Positions 31,042 to 40,266 of a stretch of 58,944 nt of DNA are shown here, piece after piece. Numbering within the stretch: position 1 is the first letter of the stretch; each line of letters opens with the position of its first letter. Source of the DNA: Candidatus Bathyarchaeota archaeon (GTDB lineage: Archaea > Thermoproteota > Bathyarchaeia > Bathyarchaeales > Bathyarchaeaceae); contig JARRLY010000007.1 in NCBI GenBank assembly GCA_037386545.1, forward strand, positions 1 through 58,944, in the 5' to 3' direction. The position numbers and the translations under genes were made by a program. The notes under the pieces are model-generated. The model was not told the DNA's origin, did no database searches, and saw only the letters and a program-made list of their open reading frames with translations.

Positions 31042-32055
31042 TTAGGCAGCCATTTTGCATATTTTTTCGATCATACGAACCATCTTGACGGAATATCCCC
31101 ATTCGTTGTCGTACCAAGCTAGAACTTTAACCAAGTTACCGATAGCCATAGTTAATTCAGCATCAATTATTGCCGAGTTGGGATTGTGTATTAGGTCTGA
31201 TGACACGAGGGGTTCTTCACTGTAGGCTAATACGCCTTTCAGGCGTCCTTCAGATGCTTTCTTGAGAGCAGCATTAATTTCTTCTTTTGTTACTTCTTTT
31301 TTCAATGTTGCTACCAAGTCAACTATAGAAACGTCAGGGGTAGGAACACGAAGAGCCATACCGTTCAGTTTTCCATCAAGAACAGGAAGAGCCAAACCAA
31401 CTGCCTTTGCAGCTCCAGTTGAGGTGGGAATCATATTAAAGGCTGCTGATCTTGCACGTCTGAGGTCTTTGTGTTGCATGTCAAGTAGTCTTTGATCGTT
31501 AGTTACTGCATGAATAGTTGTCATAAGACCTTTTTCGACACCAAAGGTATCATTAAGAACTTTAGCTACAGGAGCCAAACAGTTAGTAGTACATGAAGCT
31601 AAAGACATTATATTATGCTTCGTTGGGTCATACAGGTCATCATTCACTCCATAAACAACAGTTAAGTCAGCACTTTTTGCTGGACTCATTGGGGCAGAAA
31701 CTAGAACCTTTTCTGCTCCAGCTTCTAGGTGTTTTGCGGCTGCGTCTCTTGCTCTGAATCTTCCTGTGGATTCAACAGCAACGTAAACGTCCATTTCTTT
31801 CCAAGGTAATTTTGAGGGGTCGGGTTGGGCTAATATTTTCAGCTCTTTTCCATCAACTATAAGGGATGACCCTTTGACTTCTACGTCGAAGGGAAATTTA
31901 CCGTGAACAGTATCGTGTTTGAGTAGATGCGCCAAAGTTTTGGCATCTGTCAAATCGTTGACTGCTACAAAATTGATGTCAGCATTTGTTTCAAGAGCAG
32001 CTCTGTACAAAAGCCGTCCTATTCTTCCGAAACCGTTTATTGCTGCATTAACCAT
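31042..32055 (-). CDS. gap: glyceraldehyde-3-phosphate dehydrogenase, class I
   Basis: INGFGRIGR, ASCTTNCLAP, PTSTGAAKA, WYDNEWGY. Confidence 0.96.
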   Translation of the reverse strand: MVNAAINGFGRIGRLLYRAALETNADINFVAVNDLTDAKTLAHLLKHDTVHGKFPFDVEVKGSSLIVDGKELKILAQPDPSKLPWKEMDVYVAVESTGRFRARDAAAKHLEAGAEKVLVSAPMSPAKSADLTVVYGVNDDLYDPTKHNIMSLASCTTNCLAPVAKVLNDTFGVEKGLMTTIHAVTNDQRLLDMQHKDLRRARSAAFNMIPTSTGAAKAVGLALPVLDGKLNGMALRVPTPDVSIVDLVATLKKEVTKEEINAALKKASEGRLKGVLAYSEEPLVSSDLIHNPNSAIIDAELTMAIGNLVKVLAWYDNEWGYSVKMVRMIEKICKMAA

Positions 32056-32172
32056 TTTTCATAATCACCTAATTTTAGAGGTGGAAATATAGCAAGTAAC
32101 AAGATATTAAGCTTGTTACATTTTCCTTAATAAGAAGGAAACAAAAAACAATTACAAAAAATAAAAAGAAAA

Positions 32173-32192
32173 TGACACCATAAAAGGTGTCA
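32173..32192 (-). terminator. hairpin plus T-tract after mvhA
   Basis: TGACACC-N6-GGTGTCA followed on the minus strand by T-rich runs. Confidence 0.5.
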
Positions 32193-32204
32193 AATTCAAC
32201 GTGT

Positions 32205-33662
32205 TTAGCGAATTACTTTCTTTACTAGCTTCTTGTCGCTATCAAAGACGTTAACTTCTAAAGGCATTTCACCAATCGCGAAGTGTGTTGCACATGCAAA
32301 GCATGGGTCGTATGCACGGAAAGCCATTTCCACCTTGTTTAATAACCCATCGTTTACTTCGCCGTCCTTGATGATGCCTTGAGCTGCGTTCTTAATTGAC
32401 ATACAGATTCCTGGTGCATTGTGTGTTGTTGCTACTACGAGGTTGATTTTCTTTGCTAGAGCGTTTTCATCCAGTTGGTAGTGGTGAATCAATGTGCCTC
32501 GGGCTGCTTCAACAATTCCGACACCTTCTCCAGGTGTTCCTGGTTTGTTTCGGATGTTTTTGCTGGTTATTTCAGGGTCTTTGATTAATTCTAGACCACG
32601 TTCAGTTGCATACATCAACTCGATTAGTCGTGCCCAGTGGAAAGCCAAAGTTGCATGAACAGGTTTTCCGCCAAGAGTATTGTACATTCGCTCATATTCT
32701 GCTTGTGCAAGAGGTGTTGCCATTCCTTCTGAAGCATTTAATCGTCCAAGTGGACCAACACGATAGATACTTGTTTCAGGACCATCAACGTAACCTTTCC
32801 AGCCAAGTTTTTTCAGGAAAGGCATCTTAACGTATGTCCAAGGTTCTACATGTTCTTCGATAATGTCTAAGTATTCAGAAGGACCAAACTTCACGAATTC
32901 TTTTCCTTGAGTGTCAACAACGCGTACTTTACCATCATAAAAGTTTACTTTGTTGTTTTCGTCAACTGTACCCATGTAATATGTTTTCAGATTATATGGG
33001 TCGCTTGTAATTAGATTAACGTAGTCAGCGTTTTTTAGAACAACATCATCAAAAAGTTTTAAGCTGAACTTGGCGAATTCATTACAGCTCGCTAACATGT
33101 CTTCAATTTCCTGGCGTTCATCTTCATCTAATGCTTTGGCGATGCCTCCAGGCATTGCAGCGCTTACAGGGTGAGTGGGTCTACCTCCAATGATTCCAGT
33201 AATTGTTTGTCCATAAGCACGGTGTTTTATAACTTCACCAGCAACTTCCAGACCAGCCTTTTCGATTACCCCAAGAATGTTGCGTTTAGCAGCTGGAGCG
33301 TCAGGACCAACAACAAAGTCTGGACCACCCAAGAAATAGAAGTGAAGTATGTGATCATAAATTAAGTAACCACAGTATTCCAGTTCTCTTAGTTTTTTGG
33401 CAGTTTCGGTGGGTTCCACATTAAACGCAGCATCTAAGGCTTTTGCTCCTGCCATGTGATGAGCAACAGGACATACTCCACAGATTCGGGTTGTTATTAT
33501 GGGAAGGTCTTCGGCGCGTCTTCCTTCACAGAATTTTTCAAATCCACGTAGTTCTGGGACTTGGAAGTATGCGTTTTCTACATTTCCGTCATCATTAAGA
33601 AATATTGTGATTTTTCCGTGGCCTTCAAGTCTTGTGATTGGGTCGATTACTATTTCTTTCAT
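32205..33662 (-). CDS. mvhA: group 3c [NiFe] hydrogenase large subunit MvhA
   Basis: IDPITRLEGH, RICGVC, RAYDPCFACATH plus a cleavable C-terminal extension. Confidence 0.92.
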   Translation of the reverse strand: MKEIVIDPITRLEGHGKITIFLNDDGNVENAYFQVPELRGFEKFCEGRRAEDLPIITTRICGVCPVAHHMAGAKALDAAFNVEPTETAKKLRELEYCGYLIYDHILHFYFLGGPDFVVGPDAPAAKRNILGVIEKAGLEVAGEVIKHRAYGQTITGIIGGRPTHPVSAAMPGGIAKALDEDERQEIEDMLASCNEFAKFSLKLFDDVVLKNADYVNLITSDPYNLKTYYMGTVDENNKVNFYDGKVRVVDTQGKEFVKFGPSEYLDIIEEHVEPWTYVKMPFLKKLGWKGYVDGPETSIYRVGPLGRLNASEGMATPLAQAEYERMYNTLGGKPVHATLAFHWARLIELMYATERGLELIKDPEITSKNIRNKPGTPGEGVGIVEAARGTLIHHYQLDENALAKKINLVVATTHNAPGICMSIKNAAQGIIKDGEVNDGLLNKVEMAFRAYDPCFACATHFAIGEMPLEVNVFDSDKKLVKKVIR

Positions 33663-34603
33663 TTTCGTACTTTCCTTTTGAGAATTGAGTTAGCTAATGA
33701 ATATTTATAGAAAGTTCCAACCGGGTCAACAACCTGTTTTACTACGTCGGTGTCCTTAACCAGAGATGCCAAAGCACCAATAGCTGCTGCACCTTGATCA
33801 ACCACTCGAGGACCTGGACCACCACAACCAGTACAAGGTATGTTAACGTTTGGACACTGACAACCACATCCTGCACGGGTAGCCATACCCATACAGATTA
33901 CTCCTTGATCCAAGAAACAAGTTACACCGTCGTCTTCTATTTCATAGATGCGCTTGAGTTCAGTTATTTCGCTGTGCTTCTTTTCCCGTGGGCACTCGTC
34001 ACAAACAGATTTGTCGGGTAAAAAGCTTGAACCCTTAGGAGGCAAATCACCCGTAATAAATGCATTAAACATTGCTAATATTGATGGAACAGGAGGAGGA
34101 CAACCTGATATGGTGTAGTCAACATCCACTGTTTGGGGTAAAGTTTTCACAGTGTCATAAATTTCTGGAAGTTCTAGTTCACCCTCTTTAACTTTTATAC
34201 GTGTTTGAGGGGTAATGGAGTCAGGATTCACTGTTGATTCTGTTGTAAGATAGGCTCGCTCAAAGACTCCGTTTTTATCCGAAAGGTTTGCGAGACTTTT
34301 TACGCATCCGTCGTTTGCGCATGAGCCAAAAGCCACAAGAATCTTGGATTTTTGTCTTAGGAGTTTTGCCATCTTTTCGTTTTCTTCGGTTCTGATTGCG
34401 CCATTAATGAAACAAGCATCAATACTTTTGTCTGGCATTGCTTCGACATCTTTGTATTTTGTGTCGATTGCCACAGGCCAGAAAACTATGTCAGCTGCTG
34501 CAATAACGTCTAATATTTTTTCGTTAACGTCTAGAACGGCTACTTCGCAGCCTCCACAGCTAGCAGCCCAGTAAAAAGCGATTTTTAGTTTTTCCTTTGC
34601 CAT
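33659..34603 (-). CDS. mvhG: group 3c hydrogenase small subunit MvhG
   Basis: AASCGGC, FGSC, GCPP, CDEC, CFL.QG..CMG..TRAGC, PCTGC; ATGA overlap with mvhA. Start taken at ATG 34603. Confidence 0.9.
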   Translation of the reverse strand: MAKEKLKIAFYWAASCGGCEVAVLDVNEKILDVIAAADIVFWPVAIDTKYKDVEAMPDKSIDACFINGAIRTEENEKMAKLLRQKSKILVAFGSCANDGCVKSLANLSDKNGVFERAYLTTESTVNPDSITPQTRIKVKEGELELPEIYDTVKTLPQTVDVDYTISGCPPPVPSILAMFNAFITGDLPPKGSSFLPDKSVCDECPREKKHSEITELKRIYEIEDDGVTCFLDQGVICMGMATRAGCGCQCPNVNIPCTGCGGPGPRVVDQGAAAIGALASLVKDTDVVKQVVDPVGTFYKYSLANSILKRKVRK

Positions 34604-34714
34604 TAGGAACCACCGTCTACAAGAAACTCGGATAAAGTGATGCGACAAAATAAAGCTTTCTTTTTAACGAGAAAATTACTGTTAAAAAAACAAACAAAGA
34701 TCAAAAACAGTGGA

Positions 34715-36067
34715 TTAATTGATTTTTCGTAACAATAATTCTGCAGCCAAAATCATAGGTTCCCAAGTTTCTGAGACAGGAGGGGCATAACAGGTTTCTG
34801 CTTTTGCTAGTTCTTGTGCAGTCATTTCTTTTTGAATTGCAAAAGATAAAGCATTAATGCGTTGGGTTACTTCTTCGCCACCAATTATTTGGGCACTGAT
34901 TAATTTCCCAGTCTGCTTTTCTGCCACTAGTTTAATTCGAATAGGCAAAGCTCCTGGAAAATAGTCTGCTCGGGTTTTTGAAGTAATGGTTGCAGAAATC
35001 GATTTAACTCCATACTTTTCGGCCATAAATTCGGGCAGACCAGATCCACCAATTTCATTTTCAAACAGCTTGGTTATCCATGAACCCAGGGTTCCAATAA
35101 ATTCAGATTTTCCACCAGCAGCATTAATTCCGGCAACTTTTCCTTGCCGCACGGCAGTTGTTCCTAGTTGACTTAGAATAGGTTTCCCAGTTACAAGGTT
35201 TACAGACTCTACACAGTCACCAGCAGCATAAATGTCTGGCAGGTTAGTTTGCATTTTGGAGTTTGTTTTGATCGCTTTTGTTTTGCCAAGTTGTATCCCA
35301 GCATTTTCTGCCAATTCAACATTTGGAGTAACCCCGGCGGCAACGACTACAACATCTGCTGGAAGGACCCTTTGTCCAACACGAACTCCATTAACTTTGT
35401 CGGAACCAATGATTTCTTCAACTGGTTCTGCAAGAACGAAAGTTATCCCCTTTTCTTCAAGCATTTTTTGGACACGATCAGCCATATCGTTATCAAGTAG
35501 AAACGGAAGAACACAGGGTAAAAATTCAACAACTGAAACTTTTAAATCTCGTTCACGACAAGCCACTGCGACTTCTAATCCAACAAGTCCACTACCTATA
35601 ATGACGGCCGATTTTGCGGTTTTAAGGGCTTTACTGATTTTTTGTCCATCTTCAATTGTTCGAACAAAATAGACTCCTTTTTTGTCCAGCCCTAAGATTT
35701 TTGGTACACTCGGAGTTGCTCCTGTTGTTACAATCAAACTGTCGTATGACAGGGATTGTTGGTTACTAAGTTTGTCCTTTATGTCTACAGTTTTGGTTTT
35801 TGGGTCAATTTTTGTTACAGTGGTTTCAGTTAGAAGACTTAATTTCATCATTTTGTAGAAGCTTTCGGGGAAAACAATTAAATCATCAAAAGATTCAAGG
35901 TGCCCGCCCAAAACAAAAGGGATGCCACACCGGGAGTAGCCTACTTTTTTCTCTTTGGTTATAAGACTGATTTGAGCGGACCTATCTTTTTTTCTAGCAG
36001 CAGAAGCTGCATCAACGCCTGCCGCATTGGCCCCAATAATTACAATTTTTCGGGGCATCAAGTTCAA
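34715..36067 (-). CDS. CoA-disulfide reductase / NADH oxidase-like flavoprotein
   Basis: GANAAG, YSRCGIP redox Cys, GSGLVGLE, YAAGDC, CYAPP. Confidence 0.85.
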   Translation of the reverse strand: MNLMPRKIVIIGANAAGVDAASAARKKDRSAQISLITKEKKVGYSRCGIPFVLGGHLESFDDLIVFPESFYKMMKLSLLTETTVTKIDPKTKTVDIKDKLSNQQSLSYDSLIVTTGATPSVPKILGLDKKGVYFVRTIEDGQKISKALKTAKSAVIIGSGLVGLEVAVACRERDLKVSVVEFLPCVLPFLLDNDMADRVQKMLEEKGITFVLAEPVEEIIGSDKVNGVRVGQRVLPADVVVVAAGVTPNVELAENAGIQLGKTKAIKTNSKMQTNLPDIYAAGDCVESVNLVTGKPILSQLGTTAVRQGKVAGINAAGGKSEFIGTLGSWITKLFENEIGGSGLPEFMAEKYGVKSISATITSKTRADYFPGALPIRIKLVAEKQTGKLISAQIIGGEEVTQRINALSFAIQKEMTAQELAKAETCYAPPVSETWEPMILAAELLLRKIN

Positions 36068-36143
36068 CTCTGGCTATCAGATAAGAACGGTTTACATATT
36101 AACCTTGTTCTGAATAGTTCGAGTTAAAAATCATAAAAGTTGC

Positions 36144-36329
36144 TTAAGTTTCTTTTATTGCACTGTAAGTACGAGCTTTGGGGTTACAGTCAATTTTTCC
36201 ATCACTGAAGAGTTTTTTCAGAGCATTGTATGTTTTCTTTTCTTTTACTTCAAGTGTTTCTGCAATTTCAACAAGAGTCATTGGCTTTTCTGAAACCAGT
36301 TTGAGTATATCTTTATGGATTTTTGCCAT
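36144..36329 (-). CDS. small winged-helix protein
   Basis: PMTLVEIAETL...YNALKKL..DGKI pattern. Confidence 0.6.
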   Translation of the reverse strand: MAKIHKDILKLVSEKPMTLVEIAETLEVKEKKTYNALKKLFSDGKIDCNPKARTYSAIKET

Positions 36330-36454
36330 TACGAAATCCCAGCTTTTTTGTTATCACAGTAATTGTCAATGCTTAGATAAAAAATCTTTTATCAAAAAAA
36401 TATGCTGTTTTGAAGTGTGGAATACGTCAAATTGTATTAATTTCGTTTGATTCT

Positions 36455-36904
36455 TTATTCCTGTTCAGTTTTTTCGGATTTTACTAGTGAATTGTGCCAT
36501 TCAACTGCTGCATCAAAAGATAACAGTGTTTTTAGGTCTTCTTCTAGGTTTGTTGGTTCTACAGTTATTATCCATCCCTGGTTGTAAGGGTCTTCGTTGA
36601 GTAGTTCGGGTTTGGAGTCCAGTTCTTGGTTGACCGCTTCTATTGTACCGCTTACAGGTGCAATTAAATCTGATACCGCTTTGACTGATTCTAAAATACC
36701 AAAAGGTTCGTCTTTAGTTATGGAGTCGCCAACGCTTGGAAGTTCAACATATATTATGTCGTTGATTTGTTTTTGCGCATAATCGATTAGACCAATTTTT
36801 ACTTTTCCGTCTTCTTCAACCCTTGCCCATAGGTATTCTTTGTGATAATACAGGTTTTCGGGTACTTCATAGTCATTAACCTTCACCATGGTTATTTTCA
36901 CCAA
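36455..36904 (-). CDS. gcvH: glycine cleavage H / lipoyl carrier protein
   Basis: ESVKAVS lipoyl-Lys motif, APVSG, N.DPY..GW. Confidence 0.92.
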   Translation of the reverse strand: MVKITMVKVNDYEVPENLYYHKEYLWARVEEDGKVKIGLIDYAQKQINDIIYVELPSVGDSITKDEPFGILESVKAVSDLIAPVSGTIEAVNQELDSKPELLNEDPYNQGWIITVEPTNLEEDLKTLLSFDAAVEWHNSLVKSEKTEQE

Positions 36905-36972
36905 TTAGCAGATAGGTATGGGCATTTGTTTATCTTAAAAAGCTAACGATTAAAAAGAACAACAAAAAACAG

Positions 36973-37959
36973 CTAAAAAAGGAGTTCATAAATCTGGGAA
37001 CAGCAAACTGATGAAAAAGTCATTTCTAATCCCATGGACTGGGCTAACTCAATTGCTTCTTCAACAGGAAAAGCTATGGCATCCACTCCAGCCTTAATTG
37101 CAAGAATGTCAGTTTGTTTACGGTGTTCACCTTTGGGTCTCATGCAACCCAAAATAACTGGAACATTTGGCATCAACAACCTTGCACAAACAAGAATTCT
37201 TATTACATCTATAGGCTGGGGAGGTTCCACATTTTCCATAGGTGTTCCATGGATAGGCATAAACCCAATTATTATGATCGCAGAAGGAGAATATTTTGAC
37301 ACTAGTTTTAGTGCTTCAAACTCACCTTTGAGTTGACCGTAATGAAGTCCCACAAGTATATGAGGGATAAACGGAATTTGAGAATCATTTAAAGCTTTCA
37401 AGGATTTTTCGTAATCAGAAACAGAGACGTCAAGATTGCAAATTTCCTTAATTGTTTCATCTGAACCGATTACATCAATTAATACAGAGTCAACTCCAGC
37501 ATTCTTCAACTGATTTGCCAATGAAAAATCAACCAGTCCAGTATGAACTGCAAGTCTTAGACCCAATTCATTTTTTATCTTTCCAAAAGATTTAATAAAA
37601 TTGGACAATGGGACGGCCCCTTCTGAGTTACAACCTCCGCTGATTAAGCATCCTTGAGCTCCATTTGCTTTCAGTTTTTTACATTCTTCAAATAGTTCAG
37701 TTTGACTAAGAGCAGCAGTCATAGTGTTTAACACTTTCATACTACAATGCTTGCAGTTCAGGGCGCAAGAGGAACCAGTCACAGATATTGAGGGAAAACT
37801 GTTACGAGAAGAACGAAAAAACTTGTTTGTATAATGAACAAAACTTGGGGCAAAGAAATGGATACTATGGGCTTCATTGGAAAATTCCCCAATTTCAAGT
37901 AATGAAATAAATTGTTCTTTGGATGTTTGCCAGATTTGTTCGGCACCTAGACTTGTCAT
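36973..37959 (-). CDS. lipS1: radical SAM lipoyl synthase subunit LipS1
   Basis: CALNCKHC plus GCMR and C-terminal CC motifs characteristic of archaeal LipS1; adjacent to gcvH. Confidence 0.82.
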   Translation of the reverse strand: MTSLGAEQIWQTSKEQFISLLEIGEFSNEAHSIHFFAPSFVHYTNKFFRSSRNSFPSISVTGSSCALNCKHCSMKVLNTMTAALSQTELFEECKKLKANGAQGCLISGGCNSEGAVPLSNFIKSFGKIKNELGLRLAVHTGLVDFSLANQLKNAGVDSVLIDVIGSDETIKEICNLDVSVSDYEKSLKALNDSQIPFIPHILVGLHYGQLKGEFEALKLVSKYSPSAIIIIGFMPIHGTPMENVEPPQPIDVIRILVCARLLMPNVPVILGCMRPKGEHRKQTDILAIKAGVDAIAFPVEEAIELAQSMGLEMTFSSVCCSQIYELLF

Positions 37960-38088
37960 ACAGGTTTACATTCAGGTTCGTTTTCTAAAAACTTTTTGAG
38001 AGCATTCTCAATACTTCTATACAAATTTCAATTCGGATAATTTAATACAAGATTTCACTTACAGGATTCAAGACATTTGGTGTAAGCA

Positions 38089-39090
38089 ATGAAGGCCACA
38101 GGTTTTCCCGAAAAAATTCGCGTTTCAATTGGTTCTGCTTTTGTTTTGGGGTTGAAAAGTGGTTGGATGGATGTCAAACCAACTACTGCATATTTGCTTT
38201 TGGAAAGAACCTCAAAATGTTTGGCTAATTGTGTTTTTTGTCCTCAAGCCAAACACAGCAATTCAAGAACTGATATGCTTTCTAGGGTTACTTGGCCAGA
38301 ATTTTCAATTGAAGAAATGATGTTTAGCATAGAAGAAACTGCTAAAACAAACAAAATAAGGCGCATTTGTATCCAGTCCCTTAATTATCCACAAGTTTTT
38401 GAGGATGTTTTGAGGCTTGTCAAGGAAATTAGGTTTAAAATGGAGACGCCGATTTCAGTTTCGTGTAAGCCATTAAACAAAGAAAAAATGAATCAACTAC
38501 TCCAAGCAGGAGTAAACCGAATAAGCATTGCCTTGGATGCCGCCACAGAAGAAATCTTCAAAAAAACCAAGGGAACAAGCGTTGATGGACCTTACAAATG
38601 GGAAATGCACCGCAAAGGGTTACAAGAAGCCATTAATGTTTTTGGAAAAGGCTTTGTGACTACTCATCTTATTGTTGGTCTTGGAGAAACAGAGGAAGAG
38701 TTGTGTCAAACAATTCAATGGTGTGTAGAATCAGGAATATACCCGGCATTATTTGCTTTTACACCTGTTGTGGGAACGTCACTTGAAAACAAGCTTGTGC
38801 CGCCATTAAGGGTCTATCGTAGAGTTCAAGTTGCCCAGTGGCTACTTGCAAAGAAAAAAATTCGCATAGAAAATATGAAGTTTGACAATAATGGCAGAAT
38901 CAAAAGTTTTGGGGTTACTAATGAAGATTTGATAAATACAATCGAATCAGGTGTCGCGTTTCAGACTTCAGGGTGTCCGGATTGTAATCGGCCATATTAT
39001 AATGAAAAACCAAGAGGTCCATTCTACAATTATCCTAGGTCATTAACAGCAAAGGAAATTGAAAAAGAAATGAAGTTTCTGGGTTTTTAA
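38089..39090 (+). CDS. lipS2: radical SAM lipoyl synthase subunit LipS2
   Basis: CLANCVFC plus TSGCPDCNRP motif characteristic of LipS2. Confidence 0.85.
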   Translation: MKATGFPEKIRVSIGSAFVLGLKSGWMDVKPTTAYLLLERTSKCLANCVFCPQAKHSNSRTDMLSRVTWPEFSIEEMMFSIEETAKTNKIRRICIQSLNYPQVFEDVLRLVKEIRFKMETPISVSCKPLNKEKMNQLLQAGVNRISIALDAATEEIFKKTKGTSVDGPYKWEMHRKGLQEAINVFGKGFVTTHLIVGLGETEEELCQTIQWCVESGIYPALFAFTPVVGTSLENKLVPPLRVYRRVQVAQWLLAKKKIRIENMKFDNNGRIKSFGVTNEDLINTIESGVAFQTSGCPDCNRPYYNEKPRGPFYNYPRSLTAKEIEKEMKFLGF

Positions 39091-39758
39091 ATCCAGACTT
39101 TTTTGGGTTTTCTCATTAGTAGAACAATTACTGTGATGCTTGCGACGACTGTTGTTGCAACAAAAATATACATCAGATTTCTGGTGGAGCCTAATTCGAC
39201 CTCTAAATCTGATTCAACAGCAGTGTGGTTATACAAGCTATCGTAGTAGGTTGCATTTAGTTGATTGAATTCTGCTCGAAGTTCTTCAAGTTCGACATTT
39301 TGGATGTAAGTTAGGGCAAACCCAGAGGGTGTAACCTTGTAATGGGCATCTGCGAAATCCCATTCAGAGGTGATTATTCCGTAGATCAATCCAGGAGAGA
39401 TGTCATTTGGAATTGATATGTAGTAGTTTGCTTCATAAAAGCTAAGAGACATGTTTTTGATATGAGTGATTTTAGCAAGGGAAGTTTCGTTTTTTGCATC
39501 TTTTATGCCATAGATTAAAACATCCAAATAATCAACGTCGACTTCAGCATCAGCATATTTAGCTTCTGTAGTTATGTTTAGTGTAATGTTGCTTCCAGGA
39601 GAGGATTGAACAGGAGCAACAATGTCGATTAGGAAGCCTCCATAGTCTAGAGAGTAAACGTTTTTTGTCTCTTCAGATTGGGATAGAACTGTGCCAGAAA
39701 AAGTTAAAGTTAAAAGAAAAACACAAAACACCATTGAAAACAATTTTTTGAATTTCAC
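39087..39758 (-). CDS. secreted protein with C-terminal membrane anchor
   Basis: Signal peptide, short coiled coil, TM helix and basic tail. Confidence 0.7.
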   Translation of the reverse strand: MKFKKLFSMVFCVFLLTLTFSGTVLSQSEETKNVYSLDYGGFLIDIVAPVQSSPGSNITLNITTEAKYADAEVDVDYLDVLIYGIKDAKNETSLAKITHIKNMSLSFYEANYYISIPNDISPGLIYGIITSEWDFADAHYKVTPSGFALTYIQNVELEELRAEFNQLNATYYDSLYNHTAVESDLEVELGSTRNLMYIFVATTVVASITVIVLLMRKPKKVWI

Positions 39759-40001
39759 TGTTGTTACCTCTCAAACTCACTGTCCTCATTTTTCAATTAG
39801 AGAAATATTTAACAGTTCCGCTAAAAGGAGAAACATAATAAAACAAAAAGTTAAAAAAATGTAGTTTTACAATATAGAAATTATTGATTTTTCAAAATTT
39901 ATTAAAATACATATCAAAATAGAACAATCTAAAAAATCTTATAATTATTAACGGGATACAAACAGTGAAGTTAGAAGTACTCGAAATTGATTTTTTAAAA
40001 G

Positions 40002-40229
40002 CTATAACGATCTAATTAACCGTTGGTAAATGTAAACAAAATACACTAGCGCAAATGCTGTAAGAAATATTTCAAAACTCAGTATTGTTTGATTTTGTTC
40101 TGTAGCTCTGAAAAATCCTGTTTGAGATATGTCCCAAAAAACTAGCACCTGTAAAAAGATTGCACTGCTTACACAACCTAGACCCAAACTATGGAACAGA
40201 AAGCGTATACTTGAAGGTGCCTTGAACAT
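40002..40229 (-). CDS. small 2-TM membrane protein
   Basis: 75 aa hydrophobic ORF with GGAG upstream. Confidence 0.6.
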   Translation of the reverse strand: MFKAPSSIRFLFHSLGLGCVSSAIFLQVLVFWDISQTGFFRATEQNQTILSFEIFLTAFALVYFVYIYQRLIRSL

Positions 40230-40266
40230 TTTTCTCCAAAAATATTGCTCACCCTGACACTTTATC

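Noticed and set aside
32205..34603. Selenocysteine ([NiFeSe]) recoding in the hydrogenase
   Set aside because: All ligand positions are Cys codons and there is no in-frame TGA.
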